Below are positions 12,444-20,940 of a stretch of 64,000 bases of DNA, piece by piece. Below the pieces are notes generated by a model. It was not told the origin of the DNA. It worked only from the letters and a program-made list of their open reading frames with translations, and searched no databases. The stretch lies in the sequence record NC_055781.1; one strand, 5' to 3'. A program made the translations under genes and the position numbers. Each line of letters starts with the position of its first letter. Position 1 is the stretch's first letter. Origin of the DNA: Escherichia phage p000v.

Positions 12444-12787
12444 ATGCATCATATATTGTAGTGGCAGCTTTTGCGGTTGTTGCTACTGTAACAATAGCAT
12501 TTCTGAACCATAAAGTCGATTCGCTGAATACCGAATTGGCTACAGTAAAAGAGACTGCTAAAAACAATGCTAAAGTATTAGACGACTTCAAGATTCAATA
12601 TCAGTCTATAGAAGAAATGACATATAAGAATCGTGTTTTAGTTGACCAACTTAAGGCCGAAAATGAAAAGCTCCGTAAGGATTCGAAGAAGAAGAACGTG
12701 GTGGCAAGTAAACCAGGATTGGTCGAAAAACAAATCAACAAGTCCTTCGATTCCTTTGCAGAAGACCTCAGGAAGCTCTCAGAATGA
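12431..12787 (+). CDS. i-spanin-like protein (pseT.3 position): N-terminal transmembrane helix plus periplasmic coiled coil
   Basis: 118 aa; hydrophobic segment SYIVVAAFAVVATVTIAFL then heptad-rich charged domain; followed by overlapping lipoprotein ORF. Confidence 0.55.
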   Translation: MLKVNASYIVVAAFAVVATVTIAFLNHKVDSLNTELATVKETAKNNAKVLDDFKIQYQSIEEMTYKNRVLVDQLKAENEKLRKDSKKKNVVASKPGLVEKQINKSFDSFAEDLRKLSE

Positions 12788-13074
12788 TTAAATTAACCGC
12801 AGTTGTATTATCTATTGGTATTTTGGCTGGATGTGCCCAGGATGTGCCCTTAAGCCCTAAAGAAACTTTACATCCGCCATGGCCTGAATCTATTGTTGAA
12901 TATAATCAGAAATGGCAAGTAAAGGTTATTGATGGTAATCCATGGGTTGGAATGCCATTTGAAGACTCTCAAGAATTTCGTATCTGGTTAAACGACGTAA
13001 AAAGATATGTACATGACCAGAAGACTATGTTATGTTATTATCGTAGTGGTTTAAAAGAGGAAAAATGTCAATGA
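12784..13074 (+). CDS. o-spanin-like outer-membrane lipoprotein (pseT.2 position)
   Basis: 96 aa; lipobox signal MIKLTAVVLSIGILAGC-AQ; proline-rich; overlaps i-spanin stop (ATGA). Confidence 0.55.
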   Translation: MIKLTAVVLSIGILAGCAQDVPLSPKETLHPPWPESIVEYNQKWQVKVIDGNPWVGMPFEDSQEFRIWLNDVKRYVHDQKTMLCYYRSGLKEEKCQ

Positions 13075-13289
13075 CTAAAGAACAGCATGAATACATTAAA
13101 GGGCTTATCTATGAATCTGAAATGGCGGCTATGATTTATGGGCGCCAGATTCAACGATTAGAATCTTTGCCTCCAACTAACGACCGCTTGTTAGTTCAGT
13201 CTCGTGCTAATCTGAAAAATGAATATCAGAATAAGTGGGCAGTAGCGACTAAAGCTCTTCACGAGTATATTGAATCTTTAGTAAAATAG
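13065..13289 (+). CDS. Hypothetical small protein
   Basis: 74-aa ORF overlapping the o-spanin 3' end; no motif recognised. Confidence 0.4.
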   Translation: MSMTKEQHEYIKGLIYESEMAAMIYGRQIQRLESLPPTNDRLLVQSRANLKNEYQNKWAVATKALHEYIESLVK

Positions 13290-13318
13290 TTTACAAACTC
13301 TCAGGAGCAGAGTATAAT
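13289..13318 (+). promoter_or_regulatory. T4-type early promoter
   Basis: GTTTAC 13289..13294, 17-bp spacer, TATAAT 13313..13318. Confidence 0.6.
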
Positions 13319-13346
13319 GCTCCTATGGATAATTGAGGAAATCTAA

Positions 13347-13645
13347 ATGAAAACATTACTAGAGAATTACATCAAACGGTCTGATGAGTATATTGATATC
13401 TGTCGTGGAATGTCACTTGGCAATTATGACAAAGATGCAGCAAAGGCACTAGATGAAGCAGGTAAAGCTCTTCGTAAAGCTGCTAAAGAAAAAGGGTTGG
13501 ATTTGCAACAACTCAAAAGTCATATGATTAAATTTATTTCTTCAAACGTTAGAAGTACGTCAATTAATAAAAACGTTGCTGAAATTAATAAAGACCGGCG
13601 CGAGCATAACATTCGTATTCTTGAAATTTTCTTAGGAATAAAATA

Positions 13646-13646
<1 letters not shown>
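13347..13646 (+). CDS. Hypothetical early protein
   Basis: 99-aa ORF with RBS GAGGAAA and own early promoter; lysine-rich, helical. Confidence 0.45.
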
Positions 13647-14732
<1,086 letters not shown>

Positions 14733-14733
<1 letters not shown>

Positions 14734-14924
14734 TGAAACGATTATATGAAGTGATTGAGGCCATCGAACAGCATAAAGAATACTTGTTTGTAGCCTGGCC
14801 TTTAGTAAATGGACAGTTCGGTATTGATGTGCTGGACTATGAGCATGAAGAACGTTTGGACGGTGGTATATTTGATAACGTCGACCAGGCAATTGAATGG
14901 TTAAATGAAAACTATGTACGATAA
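14733..14924 (+). CDS. Hypothetical small acidic protein
   Basis: 63-aa ORF starting at the pseT stop (TAATG overlap). Confidence 0.4.
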
Positions 14925-15129
14925 ACATCATGAAATCGAAGATGAAGCATACAAAATGCTTCGTAAACTAGTGGGACTTAATATGAGTCCTACATTAATC
15001 AACAAACTCGCAGGAATTCGTAATGATCTGAATACTCGTTACAAAGGCGAATATCATGTAGAGTTTGTTCCTGTAGGTGAACCAACCGAGCGATTTGTTG
15101 TTCGAGTTAAAGTAAATACTGTGCACTGA
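14905..15129 (+). CDS. Hypothetical small basic protein
   Basis: 74-aa ORF overlapping preceding ORF by 20 nt. Confidence 0.4.
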   Translation: MKTMYDKHHEIEDEAYKMLRKLVGLNMSPTLINKLAGIRNDLNTRYKGEYHVEFVPVGEPTERFVVRVKVNTVH

Positions 15130-15136
15130 GGTAATT

Positions 15137-15412
15137 ATGTTCCCTAAATATTCTGAAATTGTAAAGGTAGTTTTTAGCCAGATTATTGCAAATCATTTCT
15201 TTGATAAGCTGGATACTGCTACTGAGCTTAAGGTCCACTCTGAACTACTCTACGTTTTGAATACGCTAGTGCCTGACCAAGTGGATTCTGTGTCTGTTAC
15301 ATTGTTGCCCAGCTCTGCTCATGTGATTGTTGTGTTTGGACTTGACGCTGATCTAGTAATTCAGTGTGAAGTTGATTTCGATTCACAAGAAATTAAATGT
15401 TTTGCAATTTAA
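15137..15412 (+). CDS. Hypothetical small protein
   Basis: 91-aa ORF; acidic. Confidence 0.4.
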   Translation: MFPKYSEIVKVVFSQIIANHFFDKLDTATELKVHSELLYVLNTLVPDQVDSVSVTLLPSSAHVIVVFGLDADLVIQCEVDFDSQEIKCFAI

Positions 15413-15442
15413 GTTTACAACATGGTGGAGTTGTGATACTAT
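15413..15442 (+). promoter_or_regulatory. T4-type early promoter
   Basis: GTTTAC 15413..15418, 17-bp spacer, TGTGA-TACTAT 15437..15442, leader CAACAAATGAGGAAA. Confidence 0.6.
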
Positions 15443-15470
15443 AACTCTACCAACAAATGAGGAAATCGAA

Positions 15471-15707
15471 ATGCTAAGTGAAACCCCAATTACAGTACAC
15501 GAATTTCAGATTAAAGTAAAAGAATTTGCTCAAGCACTCATCAATAAAGTGTCTGAACGTTTCCAGGATGCAACATTACGAGTTATTCAAGAATCTCCAC
15601 GTTCTTTTCTCATAATCGTTAATCCTAAAGATGGTGACCAGATTACTAGCCTTAAATTAGGCAGTGACGGTTTAGTTGAAGCAACTCGCGTATACGGAAC
15701 ACTATAA
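15471..15707 (+). CDS. Hypothetical small early protein
   Basis: 78 aa from ATG 15471 downstream of the early promoter (track ORF 15366..15707 reads through the promoter). Confidence 0.4.
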   Translation: MLSETPITVHEFQIKVKEFAQALINKVSERFQDATLRVIQESPRSFLIIVNPKDGDQITSLKLGSDGLVEATRVYGTL

Positions 15708-15827
15708 TGAGAGCTATCTCATTACTATCGAGAATGGTCATAAATCTGAGCACTACCAACTTAGCCTGTCTAATCCGGTTAAAGGTATTGTTGAATCAGA
15801 ATCTGTTTATATCTCCTAAGGATTGTT

Positions 15828-16820
15828 ATGTTACCTGTCGTCGGAAAACTTATTTCTCCAAAAGAACTAGCTGAGATTATTCCTTTGTCGGAAGCTTACG
15901 CATCACAAGTGGCTTCTCATCGCGAACAAGTTAATTCGATTATGAACGGTGAAGACCCACGCAAACTTATTGTTGTAGGTCCTTGTTCAATTCATGACCC
16001 TATTGCTGCTGTTGAATACGGCAAACGTCTGGCTGAACTTCAAACTCGTCTTCCTAATGTTCTGTTAGTGATGCGCGTTTATTTTGAAAAGCCTCGAACT
16101 ACCGTAGGTTGGAAAGGTCTTGTAAATGATCCATATCTTGACGGAAGTTTTGATATGAACCACGGTCTTATAGTTGCACGAACATTGTGTCGTAAACTTC
16201 TACGTATGGGACTTCCATTAGCAACTGAAGTATTAGACCCATTCACTATTAAGTATCTTTCTGGTATTTTCTCATGGGTTGCTATTGGCGCACGTACGAC
16301 TGAAAGTCAGACACATCGTGAAATTGCTTCAGGTCTACCGATGTGCGTAGGCTTCAAGAACGCAACCAATGGTTCTATTAAAGTAGCTACAGACGCGATG
16401 TATAGTGCCGCCTGGCCTCATCGGTATATGGGTATGGACGTCGATGGTACTGTAGGCATTGTTGAAGCTGAAGGTAATCAGAATACGCATATCGTATTGC
16501 GTGGCGGGACCAACGGCCCGAACTATCATTCTTCTGATATTCAAGAAGCTTCTAACAAAGCAAGGGCAGTAGGTCTGAATCATTATGTAATGGTTGACTG
16601 TAGCCATGCAAACGCTGATGGGCATTATAGCAATCAAATTGGTATTGGTAAAAATTTAGCAGCTAATGATTTGGTCAAAGGAATTATGATAGAATCGTTC
16701 CTACATGAAGGAAATCAAAAAATTTCTGATAATATGTCCTATGGCGTTTCCGTTACCGATGCGTGCATCAGTTGGGAACAAACTAAAGAGCTGTTAACTT
16801 ATATTAATAAGGTTCAATAA
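15828..16820 (+). CDS. 3-deoxy-D-arabino-heptulosonate-7-phosphate (DAHP) synthase, class I alpha (AroG/AroF/AroH-like)
   Basis: 330 aa; hallmark motifs LIVVGPCSIHD, VMRVYFEKPRTTVGWKGLVNDP, IGARTTESQTHRE, GFKN, RGG..PNY, VDCSHAN align with E. coli AroG/AroH as recalled; N-terminus ~15-25 residues shorter than the E. coli enzymes. Confidence 0.85.
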   Translation: MLPVVGKLISPKELAEIIPLSEAYASQVASHREQVNSIMNGEDPRKLIVVGPCSIHDPIAAVEYGKRLAELQTRLPNVLLVMRVYFEKPRTTVGWKGLVNDPYLDGSFDMNHGLIVARTLCRKLLRMGLPLATEVLDPFTIKYLSGIFSWVAIGARTTESQTHREIASGLPMCVGFKNATNGSIKVATDAMYSAAWPHRYMGMDVDGTVGIVEAEGNQNTHIVLRGGTNGPNYHSSDIQEASNKARAVGLNHYVMVDCSHANADGHYSNQIGIGKNLAANDLVKGIMIESFLHEGNQKISDNMSYGVSVTDACISWEQTKELLTYINKVQ

Positions 16821-17401
16821 TGAAAGCTAGCACATACCTTCAGATTGCATATCTGATTTCTCAAGAATCAAAATGTTGTTCATGGAAAGTTGGTGCCGTC
16901 ATTGAAAAAGATGGACGCATTATTTCTACAGGTTATAATGGCTCTCCTTCAGGTGGTGTTAACTGTTGTGAACATGCATCCGAAAACGGTTGGTTGAAGA
17001 ATAAACCAATCCCAGTCATCGTTGCTGGGCATAAAGAAGGCACTACAGCATTTGGACGGGTGGATAATTTTGTTTTGGCTAAAGAACATCGGGCTGCTCA
17101 TAGTGCATGGTCCGCTAATAACGAAATCCATGCAGAATTGAATGCAATTTTGTTTGCCGCTCGTAAAGGTAATTCTATTGAAGGTGCTACGTTATATACG
17201 ACGCTTTCTCCATGTCCTGATTGTACTAAAGCTATTACGCAGTCAGGTATTAAAAAGGTCGTATACGCAGAATTATACGACCGATCTCCTGAAAATTGGG
17301 CAGATATTCTAAAACAAGCTGGTATTGAAGTAATTCAGTACTCTCGTAATAATCTTCGTTCTCTGAATTGGGAACAAATCCTAAACTTTTGTGGTGAATA
17401 A
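16820..17401 (+). CDS. cd: dCMP deaminase
   Basis: 193 aa; MKASTYLQIAYLISQESKCCSWKVGAVIEKDGRIISTGYNG...; zinc motifs HAELNA and PCPDC; matches T4 Cd. Confidence 0.9.
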   Translation: MKASTYLQIAYLISQESKCCSWKVGAVIEKDGRIISTGYNGSPSGGVNCCEHASENGWLKNKPIPVIVAGHKEGTTAFGRVDNFVLAKEHRAAHSAWSANNEIHAELNAILFAARKGNSIEGATLYTTLSPCPDCTKAITQSGIKKVVYAELYDRSPENWADILKQAGIEVIQYSRNNLRSLNWEQILNFCGE

Positions 17402-17402
17402 T

Positions 17403-17699
17403 ATGATTTTAACTGAACAAGAAACTATGGTTCTTCGTGAACGTATTAAAACTATTCTGTCTGTAGGCGTTCATTGTGTTGTATTTGAAAAGGCTAACGG
17501 TGATGTACGCACTATGTTTGCTTCGCGCGATGAACTTGAAGTCAAATATGAAAATAACAATCCAGCAACAGAAGTTCGTTATGAACCTCGTGAATCAGTT
17601 CGAGCATTCGATACCAAGTTAGGTCAGTGGCGTTCTTTCCGCCTTGATAAAGTAATTTCGGTTGATGGTACTCCGGTCGAACGTTTGCTTCTTATGTAA
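17403..17699 (+). CDS. Hypothetical protein (31.x-position ORF)
   Basis: 98 aa from ATG 17403, two nt after cd stop; no motif recognised. Confidence 0.45.
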   Translation: MILTEQETMVLRERIKTILSVGVHCVVFEKANGDVRTMFASRDELEVKYENNNPATEVRYEPRESVRAFDTKLGQWRSFRLDKVISVDGTPVERLLLM

Positions 17700-17726
17700 T
17701 ATGCTTTACGAATAGTATGGTATTAT
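17698..17726 (+). promoter_or_regulatory. MotA-dependent middle promoter for gene 31
   Basis: aatATGCTTTA MotA box (TGCTTTA 17702..17708), 12-bp spacer, TATTAT 17721..17726. Confidence 0.5.
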
Positions 17727-17756
17727 TAATCTATCGTCAAACAACAAGGAAATAAG

Positions 17757-18089
17757 ATGTCTGAAGTACAACTCCCAATTCGTGCTGTTGGTGAATATGT
17801 CATTCTGGTTTCTGAACCCGCTCAAGCAGGTGATGAAGAAGTTACCGAATCAGGACTTGTGATTGGTAAACGTGTTCAAGGTGAAGTTCCTGAACTATGT
17901 GTAGTTCATTCTGTAGGTCCTGATGTTCCTGAAGGTTTTGTTGAAGTCGGTGATTTGACTCCACTACCAGTTGGACAAATTCGAAATGTTCCACATCCAT
18001 TTGTGGCTTTGGGACTTAAACAACCTAAAGAAATTAAACAGAAATTCGTAACATGCCACTATAAAGCTATTCCGTGTCTTTATAAGTGA
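17757..18089 (+). CDS. 31: Co-chaperonin gp31 (GroES analogue for capsid protein folding)
   Basis: 110 aa; [34 protein letters not shown]...[10 protein letters not shown] matches T4 gp31 closely. Confidence 0.9.
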   Translation: MSEVQLPIRAVGEYVILVSEPAQAGDEEVTESGLVIGKRVQGEVPELCVVHSVGPDVPEGFVEVGDLTPLPVGQIRNVPHPFVALGLKQPKEIKQKFVTCHYKAIPCLYK

Positions 18090-18213
18090 TATAAATAACT
18101 ATATGAAGAGAACACTCTTCTAAGCGGTAGCCTACAACTGAGAGACTTGTCGAAAGAAGGTGAAATTCAGACGAACGTGGCTACTAAATATTATCTCGAA
18201 TTGAGAATTTAAA

Positions 18214-18462
18214 ATGATTAAACAATTACAACACGCTCTTGAACTGCAACGCAACGCATGGAATAACGGTCACGAAAACTACGGCGCGTCAATTGATGTT
18301 GAAGCCGAAGCACTGGAAATCCTGCGTTATTTCAAACACCTGAATCCTGCTCAGGCTACTCTGGCTTCTGAACTGGAAGCTAAAGATGAATTGAAATATG
18401 CTAAGCCTCTGGCTTCTGCAGCACGCAAAGCAGTTCGTCATTTTGTTATTACTTTGAAATAA
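18214..18462 (+). CDS. rIII: Lysis inhibition accessory protein rIII
   Basis: 82 aa, T4 rIII length; located immediately downstream of gene 31 as in T4. Confidence 0.6.
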   Translation: MIKQLQHALELQRNAWNNGHENYGASIDVEAEALEILRYFKHLNPAQATLASELEAKDELKYAKPLASAARKAVRHFVITLK

Positions 18463-18627
18463 TTGCTATCATGCGTCAGCAAAAGGTTAGCTGTGTAAGT
18501 CATGGTAGGTATGATGACGGGTTTATGGTTATCCCGGTCGTTAAATATCCAAAAACCTATGTTCCCCTTGAGGGCTTGCGCAGGCAATGTCAATAAGTCC
18601 TGCATTTTCATTTAAAGAGAATTTATA

Positions 18628-18807
18628 ATGGCAAAACAAGCTAAAGCAAAGAAAGCAGTTGAAAAGAAAGTTGATGGTACCTCTAAACGCTCTGGATACA
18701 AGCGTGGGTCGAACTCTCGTATTAATCAAACAGTTGAGAAGATCATGCGCAGAGCACGTGCAGTTCTTCGAGATGATGCTTCTCGTTTTGGAAAGGTTGT
18801 TGCATAA
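18628..18807 (+). CDS. Hypothetical small lysine/arginine-rich protein (59 aa), not in the supplied ORF track
   Basis: ATG 18628 preceded by AAAGAGA RBS; MAKQAKAKKAVEKKVDGTSKRSGYKRGSNSRINQTVEKIMRRARAVLRDDASRFGKVVA; followed directly by a strong terminator. Confidence 0.4.
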   Translation: MAKQAKAKKAVEKKVDGTSKRSGYKRGSNSRINQTVEKIMRRARAVLRDDASRFGKVVA

Positions 18808-18812
18808 TTTTA

Positions 18813-18834
18813 GGGAGACTTCGGTCTCCCTTTT
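18813..18834 (+). terminator. Intrinsic terminator (same hairpin as after gene 32)
   Basis: GGGAGAC-TTCG-GTCTCCC followed by TTTT. Confidence 0.7.
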
Positions 18835-18866
18835 GTGCGTTTAGGGCAGAAAAAGTTTAAAAAGAT

Positions 18867-18895
18867 GTTTACTCTCCTGTAGGATGTGTTACTAT
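18867..18895 (+). promoter_or_regulatory. T4-type early promoter
   Basis: GTTTAC 18867..18872, TGTGT-TACTAT 18890..18895, then TAGACTTGTACCA...CTGGAGAATAAAATG leader. Confidence 0.6.
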
Positions 18896-18937
18896 AGACT
18901 TGTACCACCTAATCAATAAAACAAACTGGAGAATAAA

Positions 18938-19306
18938 ATGAAAATCAATCTGAACTCATACATCAAATGTAAAGACCACGACGGTTATAAAGCTATCGAA
19001 ATTAAAGAATTCCAGTGGATGTTATACAAAGAGCAATTTGAGATCGTAAGTTGTATGACCCCTGAAGGTCCTTCAAATGATTTCTCTTGGAAAATTGTGT
19101 TAGCAAACTTTTTCACAGGTGACACATACGAATTAAAAACTATTATTACCGGTAAAATTCGTTCAGAAACATATGTTGACGAAGAAACTGGTTACTCTGA
19201 AGATGTTACATGGTATCAAAATGGACGCATTACAGCAGATAACCTGATCGAAAAAATGAAAGCCAAAGGTGTTTTAAATTTAGACAATTGGATTAAAGTT
19301 GCATAA
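18938..19306 (+). CDS. Hypothetical early protein (30.x cluster)
   Basis: 122-aa ORF with own early promoter and RBS GGAGAA. Confidence 0.5.
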   Translation: MKINLNSYIKCKDHDGYKAIEIKEFQWMLYKEQFEIVSCMTPEGPSNDFSWKIVLANFFTGDTYELKTIITGKIRSETYVDEETGYSEDVTWYQNGRITADNLIEKMKAKGVLNLDNWIKVA

Positions 19307-19310
19307 AACA

Positions 19311-19340
19311 GTTTACTTTGGTACAGGTTATGTTATTATA
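19311..19340 (+). promoter_or_regulatory. T4-type early promoter (near-duplicate of the 18867 cassette)
   Basis: GTTTAC 19311..19316, 17-bp spacer, TATTAT 19335..19340, then TAGACCTGTACCA...CTGGAGAATAAAATG leader. Confidence 0.55.
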
Positions 19341-19380
19341 GACCTGTACCAACAAACAACTTAAACATCTGGAGAATAAA

Positions 19381-19746
19381 ATGAACTACATCAACTTCGA
19401 ACGTAAATATGTTTCTAACGGTATCGCTGGTTCTTCTGAAGTTATTTGCTTATGGAAACACAAAAACGGTACAGTTTGTGAAATCGAACAGTGCATGACT
19501 CCTAATTACGTTTATATGCGCTTTGAAAATGGTATCACGGTTTCAATCACGTTGGAAGGTTCCAACTTCAAAATTGCATTAGATGACGATTTCCGTCAAC
19601 GTGATTTAGGTACTCATCCTTGCTGGAACGGTGTTAATCGTAAGCTTCTGGTTAAAACTTGGATTCGTCACATCCTGAGCAACCGAGCTAAACCTGAACA
19701 CCTGGAAGCAATCTTTGATGTAGTTCTGAACGAATTCGATATCTAA
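19381..19746 (+). CDS. Hypothetical early protein (30.x cluster)
   Basis: 121-aa ORF; contains several Cys/His (C..C, HPCW) but no confident motif. Confidence 0.5.
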   Translation: MNYINFERKYVSNGIAGSSEVICLWKHKNGTVCEIEQCMTPNYVYMRFENGITVSITLEGSNFKIALDDDFRQRDLGTHPCWNGVNRKLLVKTWIRHILSNRAKPEHLEAIFDVVLNEFDI

Positions 19747-19756
19747 TCTTAAAAAT

Positions 19757-19775
19757 GGAGGCCGAAGCCTCCTTT
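19757..19775 (+). terminator. Hairpin / weak terminator
   Basis: GGAGGC-CGAA-GCCTCC followed by TTT. Confidence 0.45.
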
Positions 19776-19787
19776 GAGGAAAATATT

Positions 19788-20075
19788 ATGTTTATGACCA
19801 CTTATTTCGATACTCGTAAAAATTTCTGTGAAGTTGTTTTCTCTAAAGCAGGTAAAGATGTTCCTGCCGACAAACAGCCCACTCGTGAATCCATTAAGGC
19901 TTATGCTGATGTGGTTTGTCCAGTAGAATTCCGTACAGTCAATGGTCGTGACACCCTAGCAATCACTAAGCTCAACCATGATATTAACATCGGCTCTAGC
20001 GCCGCACGTGAAGTCAATACCTCTGACATCTATGGCGGTAATGTTAAATCACACGGATTTCAGATGAGGTTCTAA
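19788..20075 (+). CDS. Hypothetical protein (30.x cluster)
   Basis: 95 aa from ATG 19788 (MFMTTYFDTRKNF...); the track ORF 19755..20075 starts inside the upstream hairpin. Confidence 0.45.
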   Translation: MFMTTYFDTRKNFCEVVFSKAGKDVPADKQPTRESIKAYADVVCPVEFRTVNGRDTLAITKLNHDINIGSSAAREVNTSDIYGGNVKSHGFQMRF

Positions 20076-20269
20076 TGCAACTATTCTTATCACAAACTGT
20101 CCAGTTAAAAGGTATAGGTATCCCCGGAATGATTTCAAAGGTTTTACCTGCTTTTAAAATTAACGGTAATGTAATTAAAGAAGCCTATGCAGTCCTGTGG
20201 GTTGATGGAACTGAAGACGTCCGCATGAGCCAAGAACTGTCTGTAATCAAATGTTTAAAGCGAGGATAA
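20075..20269 (+). CDS. Hypothetical small protein
   Basis: 64-aa ORF, start overlaps preceding stop. Confidence 0.4.
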   Translation: MQLFLSQTVQLKGIGIPGMISKVLPAFKINGNVIKEAYAVLWVDGTEDVRMSQELSVIKCLKRG

Positions 20270-20270
20270 T

Positions 20271-20489
20271 ATGTTTAAGAAACTGATGCAGAAATTGTTT
20301 GGTACGGAAATGATCGAAGTTACTTATCGTGTAACAGACGTTTTTCCATATTATACAGAAAACCGTTTAGAACCATACGTTACGTCAATTAAAATGCCTA
20401 AAAATGACGGAAATTTATCTATCGAAGACCGTATACCTGGATACGGTCATTGGGCTGATGTTGAAATTATAAGTGTTAAAGATGTCTGA
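20271..20489 (+). CDS. Hypothetical small protein
   Basis: 72-aa ORF. Confidence 0.4.
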   Translation: MFKKLMQKLFGTEMIEVTYRVTDVFPYYTENRLEPYVTSIKMPKNDGNLSIEDRIPGYGHWADVEIISVKDV

Positions 20490-20940
20490 ATTAGAAATAA
20501 GAAGTAATTTCAAGTGGCCGTCATGTGCATTAAGTAACTTTGCTCAATGGCCTTTTGTTATGGATGGTATTCAATTCGGAGGTCTTGAAGGATTTCTCCA
20601 AGGGTGTAAGGTGAAAAATGTTGAACAACAAAGACGTATATTTGGGTTGTCTGGATTGGCTGCACAGCAAGCTGGAAGGTCTTATGCAAGAGCTCAGGAC
20701 CGTGGGACTCTCTTCTGGTTAGGAGTTCCGTTTTCAAGATACTCTGAAGCGTGGAAAGAATTATACACAAATGCATATTTTGAAGCCGCGATCCAAAATA
20801 AGGGGTTTCGTGATGCCTTACAAGCCTCTAAAGGAAAAATTTTGAAGCACAGCATGGCTAGCCACCTAACAAAAGATGATACAATACTAACCGAAACTGA
20901 ATTTGTTGATGTGTTAAACCTATTAAGAGACTCTTTATGA
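20482..20940 (+). CDS. NADAR / YbiA-like (DUF1768) domain protein, candidate ADP-ribose or N-glycoside processing enzyme
   Basis: 152 aa from ATG 20482 (overlaps upstream stop ATGTCTGA); segment LSNFAQWPFVMDGIQFGGLEGFLQGCKV...RRIFGLSGLAAQQAGRS resembles the SNFA-WP--DG...E--FQ--K...AA--GR core of E. coli YbiA as I recall it. Confidence 0.5.
   Translation: MSELEIRSNFKWPSCALSNFAQWPFVMDGIQFGGLEGFLQGCKVKNVEQQRRIFGLSGLAAQQAGRSYARAQDRGTLFWLGVPFSRYSEAWKELYTNAYFEAAIQNKGFRDALQASKGKILKHSMASHLTKDDTILTETEFVDVLNLLRDSL

Noticed and set aside
18659-18844. 61-aa + strand ORF overlapping the small basic ORF in another frame
   Set aside because: Reads through the terminator hairpin and lacks a start context; the 18628 frame has an RBS and ends before the terminator
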